Source: Myxococcota bacterium
GTDB taxonomy: Bacteria; Myxococcota_A; UBA796; SXON01
Length of the DNA: 64,000 bases
Direction: 5' to 3'
Assembly: GCA_040386535.1 (NCBI GenBank)
Contig: JAZKFH010000013.1
Span: 320,928-384,927, forward strand
Both the position numbers and the translations under genes were made by a program. Of this stretch, positions 53,258 to 64,000 are shown piece by piece (positions within the stretch are counted from its first letter, which is position 1; each line of letters starts with the position of its first letter). The notes under the pieces were generated by a model, which saw only the letters and a program-made list of their open reading frames with translations, was not told the origin of the DNA and made no database searches.

Positions 53258-54862
53258 ATGCTCCTGTTCGCCGTTGCCGACGCCCTGGCCGCGCCCCTGG
53301 CGCTGGACCCGGTCGACGCGCGGCTCTCGGGCGCGCTCCGCGAGGCCATGCGGCTCGACACGCTCGGAGAGGTCGACACCTTCCGGTACGCGCGAATCGA
53401 GCCGCCGCCGCTCGACGGGCTCTCGGTCACGGTCGAGAGCGACGATCCGGACGCGCTCCTCGACCGCCTCGACGCGCTCGGCCTCGTCGTGGAGGCCGCT
53501 GCGGGCGACCGCGTGCAGGTGTTCGTGCCCTACGCGCGGCTGCGGGAGGTCGCGGCGCTCCCCGGGGTGCGGCGCGTGCGCGAGCCCTGGCGGGCGGAGC
53601 CCAAGGGCATCGTGAGCGAGGGGTACGCGGCCGTGATGGAGTCGGACTGGCGCGCGGAGGGGTACGACGGCACCGGCGTCCGCGTCGGCATCGTGGACGT
53701 GGGGTTCGCCCGCTACGACACGCTCGACGCGGGGGAGGTGCCCGCGGCGCCGGTCACCGACTTCTCGCGCGGCAGCCTGGACGCGACCTCGCACGGCACC
53801 GCCGTGACCGAGATCGTGCACGACTTCGCTCCGGGCGCCACGTACTACCTCGCCACCTTCTCGACGGAGGTCGAGCTGGGCGAGGTGCTCGCGTGGCTCG
53901 TCGAGGAAGACGTGGATGTCGTCAACGCCTCGATCGGCTTCGACAACACCGCGCACGCGGACGGGTACAGCTACGTGACGCGGCTGGTCGAGCAGGTGGT
54001 CGACCGGGGCATCGTGTACGTGGCGGCGTCCGGCAACGAGAACGACAAGTACCGGGTGGGCGCCCTCGGGTGGGCCCCGGGCGGCGGCGTGTCGCTGGCG
54101 GGCTCGGCGGCGACCCACCTCTGGTCCTCCGGCGGCTACGTCCGCGTGAGCCTGCGCTGGTCCGAGCCCTTCGGCGCCGCTGCGACCGACCTCGATCTGG
54201 TGCTCACCAACGAGGACGGCACCGAGTGCGGGCGGTCGGAGGAGCCCCAGGACGGCGACGACGATCCCTACGAGTCCGTCCTCGCGTCGGACTGCTCCGA
54301 CCTCGTCACCGCCGTGATCCTGGCGGGGGACGACGCGGTCGATCCGGTGGGCCTGGAGGGCTACCTCTACGCGCCCGGCACGATCGAGGCCGCCGAGTGG
54401 ACGAACACCGAGGATCTCACGTTACCGGGGGACACGCGGGGGGGCATCTCGGTGGGCGCGCTGTACGACGACGACTCCGTGCCGGCCTACGGGAGCCGCG
54501 GCCCCACGAACGACGGGCGGACCAAGCCCGACATCGTGGCCCGCACGGGCGTGAGCACCGCCACCTACGGCCCGGGGGCCTTCGAGGGCACGAGCGCGGC
54601 GGCCCCGCACGTGGCTGGGCTCGCGGCGCTCTGGATCGACGCGTCGAACCGCCATGGCCAGCCCGACGTGTTCCGGACGTGGCTCCAGGCGCACGCGCGG
54701 GACCTCGGGATGGCGGGCCCCGACGATGTGTATGGCGCGGGCGCCGCGCGGGCGGACGCGCTCCCGCCGACCGCGTGTGGATGCGCCGCGGGCGGCAGCT
54801 TCGGGGGAGGCGCCGCACTTGGGATTCTCGTGGCGATGGCCGCGGTCCGGAGGCGCGCGTGA
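53258..54862 (+). CDS. S8 serine peptidase with MYXO-CTERM-like tail
   Basis: Intact triad VGIVDVGF / HGTAVTE / FEGTSAAAPHVAG; ASGN, SRGPT.DGR.KPD; tail CGCAAGG...AAVRRRA. Confidence 0.92.
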   Translation: MLLFAVADALAAPLALDPVDARLSGALREAMRLDTLGEVDTFRYARIEPPPLDGLSVTVESDDPDALLDRLDALGLVVEAAAGDRVQVFVPYARLREVAALPGVRRVREPWRAEPKGIVSEGYAAVMESDWRAEGYDGTGVRVGIVDVGFARYDTLDAGEVPAAPVTDFSRGSLDATSHGTAVTEIVHDFAPGATYYLATFSTEVELGEVLAWLVEEDVDVVNASIGFDNTAHADGYSYVTRLVEQVVDRGIVYVAASGNENDKYRVGALGWAPGGGVSLAGSAATHLWSSGGYVRVSLRWSEPFGAAATDLDLVLTNEDGTECGRSEEPQDGDDDPYESVLASDCSDLVTAVILAGDDAVDPVGLEGYLYAPGTIEAAEWTNTEDLTLPGDTRGGISVGALYDDDSVPAYGSRGPTNDGRTKPDIVARTGVSTATYGPGAFEGTSAAAPHVAGLAALWIDASNRHGQPDVFRTWLQAHARDLGMAGPDDVYGAGAARADALPPTACGCAAGGSFGGGAALGILVAMAAVRRRA

Positions 54863-56019
54863 GCGCTTCCCGCGTCGCCTTCCTCGCGCTCCTCGCGGGC
54901 TGCACCCCCGTCGGCCTCGACGGCTTCTGGGTCGAGCTGCACGGGCGCGTGGTGGATGAGGGCGACCGGCCGGTGTCCGGCGCGACCGTGGTGCTCGCGA
55001 GCGACGAGGGGACCGCGGTCGCGGAGGTCCGCACCAACGGCGACGGCGAGTGGCGGGCGCCGCTCTACGGCACCGCGCTCGACAACGTGGTCGTCGCGCT
55101 GGTGCGCGCCGGCGGGTACGCCGAGGGGCGCGCCACGTTCGAGGTGAACCTCTACTCGCCGGACACCACCACGCTGCGCGCGGGCCCCGTGCAGACCTGG
55201 GACGCGACGTCCCGCACCCTCGCGACGGTGCGGCTCGCCGAGGAGGCCGAGCTTGCCTTCGTGACCGGCCGCGTCCTCGACGCCGTGAGCGGCGCGCCCG
55301 TGGCCGGGGTCCCGCTGGGCCTCCAGGCCGGCTGGAACGCGCGCCCGGAGGACGCCGCCGTCGACGCCGTGGTGACCGGCGCGTCCGGCGACTTCCGCTT
55401 CGAGACGACCAAGGCGGGGGCGTACACGGTCACCGCCGCGGCCGCGGGCGACTACGGCGCGGCGCGGTTCCCCGCGTTCCTCACCGCCGCGGGCGGCCGC
55501 GCGGTGGGCCTCGTGGGGGCGCCCGTCCAGGCCGGGGAGCTTCGCGCCAGCCTCTCGTGGGGGGATGCCCCGTTCGACCTCGACCTGCACCTCTCCGCGC
55601 CGCTCAAGGGGGGCATCGCCGGGGCGGACGGCACCGGCCAGTACCACCTCTGGTCGGGCGCCCCCGCCCACCCCGCCCGCGGCGACGACGCCGATCGCGA
55701 GGCGTGGATGGAGCGCACCGACGCGGACGGGCAGGGCCCGGAGACCGTGTGGATCGGGAGCCTCGCCGCGGAGGGGGTGGTGCGGCTCTCCGTCTTCGAC
55801 AACGACAACCGCTCGGATGTCGACACCACCGCGCTCGCGGGGTCTGGCGCCGTGTTGCAGGTGTGGGCGGGGGATGACATGCCCCGCTACTGGTCGGCGT
55901 CCCCGGGCGAGGTGGCGACCGCCTGGCGGCCGGTGGAGATCGACGTGGAGACCCTGCTGACCTACTCGGTCGAGACGTGGTCGGTCGGGATCGATCCCGC
56001 GGATCCCGAGGCGTTCTGA
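54859..56019 (+). CDS. Lipoprotein with carboxypeptidase-regulatory-like Ig domains and a YfaP/DUF2135-like domain
   Basis: GTGA overlap; LAGC; GRVVD..RPV.GATV twice; LSWG...DLDLH ... D.DG.GPETV. Confidence 0.78.
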   Translation: MSASRVAFLALLAGCTPVGLDGFWVELHGRVVDEGDRPVSGATVVLASDEGTAVAEVRTNGDGEWRAPLYGTALDNVVVALVRAGGYAEGRATFEVNLYSPDTTTLRAGPVQTWDATSRTLATVRLAEEAELAFVTGRVLDAVSGAPVAGVPLGLQAGWNARPEDAAVDAVVTGASGDFRFETTKAGAYTVTAAAAGDYGAARFPAFLTAAGGRAVGLVGAPVQAGELRASLSWGDAPFDLDLHLSAPLKGGIAGADGTGQYHLWSGAPAHPARGDDADREAWMERTDADGQGPETVWIGSLAAEGVVRLSVFDNDNRSDVDTTALAGSGAVLQVWAGDDMPRYWSASPGEVATAWRPVEIDVETLLTYSVETWSVGIDPADPEAF

Positions 56020-56144
56020 CCGTCGGGGTGCCCGGGGGCTCGGGCGGGGCCGGCCCCGCGGGTCCGGGGTGGGTCGGATCGTGGTCTTGTCCTTGTCGGG
56101 GGGGCCATCTCCCGTTAGACGCGCCGGTCCTCGGGTTGGGAGCA

Positions 56145-57311
56145 GTGGAGCTCTTTCCGGAACGCCTCGTCTCGGATCTCGGGCGCCTCCCCGGCGCGGG
56201 CCACAGCTACCTCAAGCAGTTGTGCACTCCCGACGGGACCGTGCTTCGCTCCGGGCTTCAACGGGTGGTCACGCGGCTCGGCGAGCCGATGCAGACCCGC
56301 GCCGCCGAGCTGCTCAATTCCGTGGAGAACCGGCGGTTCTTCCAGGGCTTCGCCGAGGTCTCCGCGCTCGCGGCGCTCGAGCCCGCCGGCTGGCGCGCCA
56401 CCGCCCTTCACCGGCCCGGCCCGCGCATCGAGATCCGTCGCGAGTCCGGCGCGCGCGAGGGGGCGGGATCGCCGCTCCTGCTCACCGTCCTCGCGTTCCT
56501 CCACCAGACCCGCCCCGGCGGCGAGGACGAGACCCGGCGGCGCCTGATCGAGGCGCTCTCCCGCGTGTCCTCTCGCCAGCGGTTTGCCGTGCTCGTCCGC
56601 CGCTGGTTGCCGCACGACTTCAACCCGGAGCCGGTGCGCCGCGCCATCGACCTCTGGCTCGGGCAGGTCGCCAACGGGCAGTGGGAGGGCCGCTACGCCG
56701 CCTACGAGGACGAACACATCTCGCTCGAGTTCTGCCTGACCGGGGAGCGCGCGAAGGCGCGCCAGTCGCCCGTCGCGCTCACGCTCGGGCCGTTCTACGC
56801 CCACCGCACGCTCGAGGTGCTCGAACCGCGCGTCGTGGCCGAGATCGACCGCCACGTCGCGTCTCCCGAGCGGAACCTCCCGCTCCTCGTCGCCTGCGCG
56901 GCCGACCAACCCTGGGCGGTGAACGACGGCTACCTGCGGGACTTCCTGTACGGGCGCGCCCGCCGCATCAGCCGGGAGGACGGCGTCCGCGAGGTCGAGT
57001 TCAGCGGCTCCGGCAGCGTGTCGGTGTTCCGCGATCCGCTCTACGCCTCGGTCGCCGGCCTGCTGCTCGTCGACCGCCGCCCCACCGTGTCCATGGCGAT
57101 GGGCGTGCGCGCCTGGCTCAACCCGTGGGCCACTCGCCGGCTCTCCCCCGCCGACATCCCGTTCCAGTGCTTCGCGGAGGACGCGCGCGCCTCCCAGAGC
57201 GCGCGCGAGCGGCCCCCCCTCGGCGGCGAGGCCACGGCTGATCCGGACGGAGTGGACCTGCGCGTGATGCGGTGGCACGCGGGCACCGGGCCCCGTATGG
57301 AGCTGGGATGA
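56145..57311 (+). CDS. Hypothetical protein (possible degenerate restriction-endonuclease-like fold)
   Basis: Long ORF with coding-like codon pattern; stop overlaps the tdk ATG (ATGA); start inferred at GTG 56145. Confidence 0.7.
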   Translation: MELFPERLVSDLGRLPGAGHSYLKQLCTPDGTVLRSGLQRVVTRLGEPMQTRAAELLNSVENRRFFQGFAEVSALAALEPAGWRATALHRPGPRIEIRRESGAREGAGSPLLLTVLAFLHQTRPGGEDETRRRLIEALSRVSSRQRFAVLVRRWLPHDFNPEPVRRAIDLWLGQVANGQWEGRYAAYEDEHISLEFCLTGERAKARQSPVALTLGPFYAHRTLEVLEPRVVAEIDRHVASPERNLPLLVACAADQPWAVNDGYLRDFLYGRARRISREDGVREVEFSGSGSVSVFRDPLYASVAGLLLVDRRPTVSMAMGVRAWLNPWATRRLSPADIPFQCFAEDARASQSARERPPLGGEATADPDGVDLRVMRWHAGTGPRMELG

Positions 57312-57922
57312 TCCCCCACCTCATGCCCCGCGACATCGGCTGGATCGAGGTCATCACCGGGTGCATGTTCTCCGGGAAGACAGAAGAGCTCATCCGCCGC
57401 ATCCGTCGCGCCCAGTACGCGCGGCAGCGGGTCGTGGTCTTCAAGCCCGGGATCGACGCGCGCTACAGCGAGGACAGCGTCGGCTCGCACTCGGGCATGC
57501 GCCTGCGCTCCTTCTCGGTCGAGACGGCGTCCGACATCCTCCCCCTCGTGGGGGACGCCATGGTGATCGGCATCGACGAGGGCCAGTTCCTCGGATCCGA
57601 GCTCCCGAACGTGTGCGAGAAGCTGGCGAACGAGGGCAAGCGCGTCATCGTGGCCGGCCTCGACACCGACTACCTGGGCCGGCCCTTCGAGCCGATGCCG
57701 CACCTGCTGGCGATCGCCGAGTACATCACCAAGAACCTCGCGATCTGCGTCGTGTGCGGCAATCCGTGCGACCGGAGCCAGCGCGTGGTCAACCGCGACA
57801 CGCGTTTCCTCGTCGGCGAGAGCGACGCGTACGAGGCCCGCTGCCGCGCCCATTGGGACCCGAACAACTTCGAGCCCGTGCAGCAGCGCCTCTCCCTGGG
57901 ATCGAACCTCAGCGAGGGGTAG
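57308..57922 (+). CDS. tdk: Thymidine kinase
   Basis: GWIEVITGCMFSGKTEELIRR, FKPGIDARY, IGIDEGQF, AGLDTDYLG.PF, Zn-site CVVCG, YEARCR.H. Confidence 0.97.
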   Translation: MIPHLMPRDIGWIEVITGCMFSGKTEELIRRIRRAQYARQRVVVFKPGIDARYSEDSVGSHSGMRLRSFSVETASDILPLVGDAMVIGIDEGQFLGSELPNVCEKLANEGKRVIVAGLDTDYLGRPFEPMPHLLAIAEYITKNLAICVVCGNPCDRSQRVVNRDTRFLVGESDAYEARCRAHWDPNNFEPVQQRLSLGSNLSEG

Positions 57923-58940
57923 CGGCGACCGGCTCCTTACGCGTCACGGCGCCGGGCACGTTCGCCAGCGACCGCGCCACCCACCACGCCCGCAGGAAAT
58001 TCTCCCCGCGCACGGCCTGGATCGCCGGCTCGGTCCACCCGCGGCGCCGGAGCTCGTCCCACAACACCCCGAGCGAGCTCGCTGTCGCGATGTCGGGCGG
58101 GGGCGTGATCAGCCCGTCAAAGTCGCTGCCCAGCGCCACGACGCCGATGCCGCCGATGTCGCGGAGGTGCTCCACGTGGTCCGCCGCCTTCTTCACGCCC
58201 GCGGGGGAGCCGAGGAAGGTGCTGTGCAGGTTGAGCCCGACCACGCCGCCGGTCGCCGCGATGCACCCGATCTCCTCGTCGGTCAGGTTGCGGACGTGGG
58301 GCTTGACCGCCGCGGCGTCCGAGTGGGAGGCGAGCACCGGCACGAGCGAGGCGCGGCACACCTCCAAGGTCGTGGCGACCGACGCGTGCGAGAGATCGAC
58401 GAGCACCCCGAGGCGCTGGGCTTCGGCCACGAGCGCGCGCCCGTCGTCGGTGAGGCCCGTCCCCGCAGGCTGGGCGCCGGCGTCCCCGGACGAGCCCGCG
58501 AAGCGGTTGGAGAAGCTCCAGGTGAGGCCCAGCATCGAGAGCCCCCGCGCGTGCAGGGCGCGCAGCCCGTCGAGGCCGGTGGTGTCGATGCCGTGGGCGC
58601 CCTCCAAGGAGTAGACCATCGCGACGCCGCCGCGCTCGGCGATGGCGCGGGCCTCCTCCGGGGAGCGCGCGAGGGCCACGCTGTCGAGGCGCGCGTCCTC
58701 CTTCTCCAGGATGGCGAGCAGGGACTCGACATGGGCCTCCCACTTCGCCTCGCGCGGCGGCCAGAGCACCATCACGGCGAGGTTCGTGCCGCCGGTGCGG
58801 AGCTGGGCGAGCCCCGCTTCGAGCCCGTCCGCGTCGAGCCCGACCTTCTTGCGGTAGAGCTGGGTCGGCGTGTCGAGGTGCAGATCCGCCTGCATCTCCG
58901 CGGCGGGGGCGGAGGCGACGAGGGCGAGCGGGAGGAGCAT
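57909..58940 (-). CDS. Membrane dipeptidase (M19), secreted
   Basis: Signal peptide; DLHLDT, SLEGAH, GLTW..SN, VDLSHAS, ASHS, RNLTDE, GSDFDG, GENFLR. Confidence 0.93.
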   Translation of the reverse strand: MLLPLALVASAPAAEMQADLHLDTPTQLYRKKVGLDADGLEAGLAQLRTGGTNLAVMVLWPPREAKWEAHVESLLAILEKEDARLDSVALARSPEEARAIAERGGVAMVYSLEGAHGIDTTGLDGLRALHARGLSMLGLTWSFSNRFAGSSGDAGAQPAGTGLTDDGRALVAEAQRLGVLVDLSHASVATTLEVCRASLVPVLASHSDAAAVKPHVRNLTDEEIGCIAATGGVVGLNLHSTFLGSPAGVKKAADHVEHLRDIGGIGVVALGSDFDGLITPPPDIATASSLGVLWDELRRRGWTEPAIQAVRGENFLRAWWVARSLANVPGAVTRKEPVAATPR

Positions 58941-59080
58941 TCGCGCGAGGTATCGCGGGGCAACGGGTCGGGGGCGCCGGACTTTACGACCCTCTCACCT
59001 TCCGTGGCCACACTTGGTTTGACGTCGTACACGACGGCACGCTATTGCCGCGGGTCGCTCCCGTACTCCAAGAGGCCCTC

Positions 59081-60909
59081 ATGCTGTCGCTGCTCCTCGT
59101 CGCCTCGCTCGCCGCGTCCTCCGCCCACGCCAAGGCGACCGCCTCCTCCGTCGCCGAGGACACCGCCGGCAAGCACACCGCCGACCTCGCGCTCGACGGG
59201 CTCCTCTCGACCGGCTGGGCCGAGGGCGGCATGGGCCACGGAGACGGTTCGTGGTGGGAGTTCGATCTCGCGACGCCGACGAAGCTCGAGGTCGTCTCAT
59301 TCTGGGGCGGCAACCTCTCCCAGGGCAAGAAGTCGTTCCGCGAGTACGCCCGGCCCAAGCTCGTGCGCGTCTTCGTGGACGGCGTGCAGCAGGGCGACAA
59401 GGACGACGCGGGCGAGTTCAAGGGCTTCCGCCTCCAGGACGAGCTCAAGCGCATCGACATCCCGGTCGACGTCGCGGCCGCCAAGAAGGTGCGCATCGAG
59501 GTCGTCGAGAGCTTCGAGGGCATCGTGTTCGCCGACTGCTACCTCTCCGAGGTCGCGATCAACTTCACCGAGGGCGAGCGGGGCCGCGCGGTGGAGAAGG
59601 TCGACGCGTGGCGCGCTGGCAAGGAGGGCGCGAAGCTCCTCGAGAAGCACGAGGCCGAGGTGGTCGAGGCGTTCACCGCGCACATGGCCGACGAGGACGA
59701 GAACGTCGCCCTCGATTTCCTCATGGCCGCCGCGGGTGACGGTCCGACCTACCTCCGCAAGAAGGTCACGTCGCTGGTGCCCGAGGGCTACCGCGCCGCC
59801 GCGATCGTGCCCGACGAAAAGGCGATGGAGGCGATCCTCAAGCTCAAGGATCCGAACGGCATCCCCGGCCTGGAGATGGCGGCGCTCCGCTCGATCGGCA
59901 AGCAGCAGAAGCAGATCCGCGAGAACATCGAGATCTTCTACGCCTACCAGGAGCTCAAGAGCGGCGGGCGGCGCAACATCCGCGCGTGGGGCGAGCCCGG
60001 CTGGGAGGTCGGCGCGCTCCGCAGCTTCGGCGAGCCGACCGCGGTCGAGATCGACCGCTTCGGGCAGATCTACGTGGCCGACGTCGGCAACAACCGCGTG
60101 CAGATGTTCGGCCAGGAGGGCCTCTCCGCGAAGCAGTGGGGCGCCAAGCCCGACATCTCGAACGCGTGGTTCGACGGGCGGCGCACGTGGTACGCGTCCG
60201 GCAGCGGCTCGGGGGAGGAGCAGGGCTCCTTCATCAACCCCGTGGACATCGAGCTCATCCCCGGCAAGGAGGCCGATCGCTTCGCGACGCTGGATGCGAC
60301 CGGCCGCGTGCAGGTGTTCGACGAGGAGGGCCGCCCGCTCATCGGCTGGACCGTGCGCGTCGACCACAAGATGCAGCCCAAGGTGGGCGGCGAGGGCTAC
60401 CTCGCCTGGGTGCCCCAGAAGAAGCAGCTGGTGGTCTTCATCGGCACCACCGCCACGGTGTTCACCCTCGACTCCGAGGAGGTGAACCGCTGGCAGGTGA
60501 AGGACGGCACGCCCAACGCGGTCGAGACCGGCAAGGACGGCAAGCTCTACATGGTGTTCGGCTCGAACATCACCCAGTACGGCACCGATGGTTTCCGCTT
60601 CGCGACGGTCATCGGCGACGACATCCTCGGCGAGGGCTTCGAGGACGTTGATCTGACCAAGGACGAGGCCGGCCGCATCTGGGTGCTCACCGACACCGGC
60701 TGGGTCTTCAACTTCAAGAAGCCGGGCAAGCTCGACTGGAAGGTGAAGGTGAGCGACATCGCGTTCGAACGCCCGCGCTTCGCCGTGTCGCAGGGCATGG
60801 TGTTCGTGACCGACCGCGATCGGCTGGTGAAGGTCGACGCGCTTCAGCTCCGCGCCGACGAGGTCGACGCGAAGAAGGCCGCCGCGGCGGACGCGAAGGC
60901 GGCCAAGTA

Positions 60910-60910
<1 letters not shown>
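59081..60910 (+). CDS. Secreted protein: discoidin/NADase-type glycan-binding-like domain plus NHL beta-propeller
   Basis: Signal peptide; ATASS...ALDG...TGWAEG..G.G.GSW, YARPK, CYLSEV; NHL-like F.EPTAVEID..GQIYVADVGNNRVQMF. Confidence 0.8.
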
Positions 60911-62253
<1,343 letters not shown>

Positions 62254-62271
62254 TCAGGGCGCTGGGGGCCT

Positions 62272-62871
62272 CTACCCCAGCGATTCGGTCCCGAGGAACC
62301 GCTTCACCGCCTGCACCTGGTTCTCGATCGCCGCGCACGCGGCGAGGCGTGGCAGGTCGAGCGACGGGACGAGCCCGCTTCCGGCGCGTTGCGCGTAGCC
62401 GTGCTCGCCCAGCTCCCAGACCTGGATCTCTCCCGCCTCCCAGATCCAGACCTCGGGGACGCCGAGCCCCTCGTAGATCGGGAGCTTGTCCATCCCACCC
62501 GACGTGAACACGACCTCGATCGCGATGTCCGGGCGCGCCTTCTGGTGTTGCCCGAGGAAGTAGCACTCGTCGGGCTCCAGGCCGCGCTCCTTGGGGGCGC
62601 TGCGGAGGGTCCAGGAGCCCACGCCAGTCAAGTCGACCTCGTTCAGGAAGGCCCAGGTCTCCAGGATGCGCGCGAGGTTCTTCTTCACCCGCTCGTGGTC
62701 GATGGAGGGGCTCATGATCTCGAGCGTGCCGCGGAAGAAGGTGTACCGGGGGGTCGACTTCTCCCCCCGGATGGCGAGCAGGATCTCGTAGTCCGCCCAC
62801 CGCAGCCCGTGCATCATCACGCGCTGGTCCGCGGACGCGGGGATCTCGGCAGGCCGGGCGAAGGCTTCCAT
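62272..62871 (-). CDS. Uma2 family (DUF820) endonuclease
   Basis: LEIMSPS..HE, GLEPDECY, PDIAIEV, KL.IY..LGVPEVWIW; TATGAT-N6-ATG. Confidence 0.93.
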   Translation of the reverse strand: MEAFARPAEIPASADQRVMMHGLRWADYEILLAIRGEKSTPRYTFFRGTLEIMSPSIDHERVKKNLARILETWAFLNEVDLTGVGSWTLRSAPKERGLEPDECYFLGQHQKARPDIAIEVVFTSGGMDKLPIYEGLGVPEVWIWEAGEIQVWELGEHGYAQRAGSGLVPSLDLPRLAACAAIENQVQAVKRFLGTESLG

Positions 62872-62914
62872 CCGTGGATCATAGCCCCCGGGCACCGCCG
62901 GATCCCCCGGCGAG

Positions 62915-63976
62915 CTACTCGGCGCCTTCCTCGGCGTTGATCTCCGCCACGCGGTCCTGAATCCGCTGCTGCGCCTGGGTGACCAGCAGGAGGCGCACGC
63001 CCATCGCCACGCCTTCGATCGCGGAGCCGGGCTCGCCGGCGAGGGCGGCCTCGCCCTGGGCGCGCACGATCGCGGCGCCACGGGGGCGGCCGTGGAAGGT
63101 GAGGGCCACGGCGGTCAGATCGGCCGAGCGGGCGAGCGCGGCGCGGTCCCCGGCGTCGAGCGCGTTGTCGGCGGTCTCGGTGTAGAGGGCCTCGAGCGCG
63201 GCGTCTCGGCCGGCATCGTCCTCAGCGGCGCTCACGACGACGGGCATCTGGTTGATGCCGTGGTTGAGCGCGGCGTTGTCGAGCACGCCGAGGGGCGACA
63301 ACCAGCGGGGGTTCGGATCCTCGCCCTCGTCGACCGGGGTGGGCGCGCTGGCGAGCGGATCGGCGGCGCGGGCGGCCTGGAGCGTGGCGGCGGGCACGTG
63401 CTCGAGAAAGTGGGTCCAGTCGTGCTTGTGCTCGCCGCCGGCGAGGAAGCGCTCGGCGTAGTGCAGGCCGACCAGGTAGGGGACCTCGACGAGATCGCCG
63501 CGGCTGGTCGCCTTCTTCCACACGTCGCGGAGCTCGCCGCGGCCGAGGTGGCCGTGCTGGGTCTCCTTGGCGCGGCCGGCACCGAGGATGATGCCGAGGG
63601 CGCAGTTCCCGCCGGCGTCGCTCGTGGTGATGAGCAGCTCCATGTCGCCCTGCATGTCGGGGAGCGAGAGGAAGGCGCGGGAGGGGAGGGACTCCTCGGT
63701 CTTGCCGAGCACGAACGCGCGCGGGGCCGGGGACTCCTCGATCTTGACACCACGCGACTTGAGCTTGTGGAGCGCCGCCGCGGCGGCCTTCTTGAGCTCC
63801 TTCGGGGCGGTCACCGACTGGAGCGCGCGGGTGTTGCCGAGCGCGCCGGCGGCGGCGATGGCGAGGTGCGGGTCGGGGAGGGCGGCGAGGTCACCCTTGC
63901 CCTCGTGGGCCCACGCGACGGTGGCGGGGTCGGCGGTGCGCGAGACGATGGCGGCGACGGCGGCGGGATCAGACAT
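62915..63976 (-). CDS. Hypothetical protein
   Basis: 353-aa ORF with GC-rich third positions and GGAG upstream; KELKKAAAAALHKLKSRG HEAT-like segment. Confidence 0.75.
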   Translation of the reverse strand: MSDPAAVAAIVSRTADPATVAWAHEGKGDLAALPDPHLAIAAAGALGNTRALQSVTAPKELKKAAAAALHKLKSRGVKIEESPAPRAFVLGKTEESLPSRAFLSLPDMQGDMELLITTSDAGGNCALGIILGAGRAKETQHGHLGRGELRDVWKKATSRGDLVEVPYLVGLHYAERFLAGGEHKHDWTHFLEHVPAATLQAARAADPLASAPTPVDEGEDPNPRWLSPLGVLDNAALNHGINQMPVVVSAAEDDAGRDAALEALYTETADNALDAGDRAALARSADLTAVALTFHGRPRGAAIVRAQGEAALAGEPGSAIEGVAMGVRLLLVTQAQQRIQDRVAEINAEEGAE

Positions 63977-64000
63977 GAGAGGGCTCCGAGAGGGCGGCGG

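Noticed and set aside
62272..62871. Uma2 gene as a sign of a defence island or mobile element
   Set aside because: Solitary; Uma2 paralogues are commonly scattered in such genomes, and no methylase, integrase or transposase is nearby.

Overview
Gene-dense, very GC-rich (visibly >70%) bacterial chromosomal segment. MYXO-CTERM-like tails, many Asp/Thr-linker lipoproteins, a Uma2 gene and an HmuY+HmuSTUV operon suggest Myxococcota (inference). About 55 CDS can be supported. They include a Fur-boxed heme-uptake operon (TBDR, hmuY, a small Cys-rich ORF, hmuTUV, hmuS), a hybrid histidine kinase, an RND pump, a coupled pair of stand-alone ATP-grasp ligases, hflX, tyrS, tdk, phhB, an AAG-type glycosylase and many surface hydrolases or Ca-binding proteins. 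No rRNA, tRNA, CRISPR array, transposase or integrase was found. The main non-obvious signals are: (1) a TA-initiated -10-like hexamer 5-8 nt before the start codon of about 20 genes, implying pervasive leaderless mRNAs; (2) lipoprotein signal peptides of only 7-13 aa with no basic n-region; (3) three different 51/52-bp tandem hairpin arrays; (4) a ~187-nt rod-like RNA (6S-like) at 38934-39120; (5) a subtilase with Thr in place of the catalytic Ser; (6) an Nta1-like amidase; (7) a 17-bp triple repeat giving stop codons in all six frames. All family calls come from motif recognition by eye; no database searches were run.
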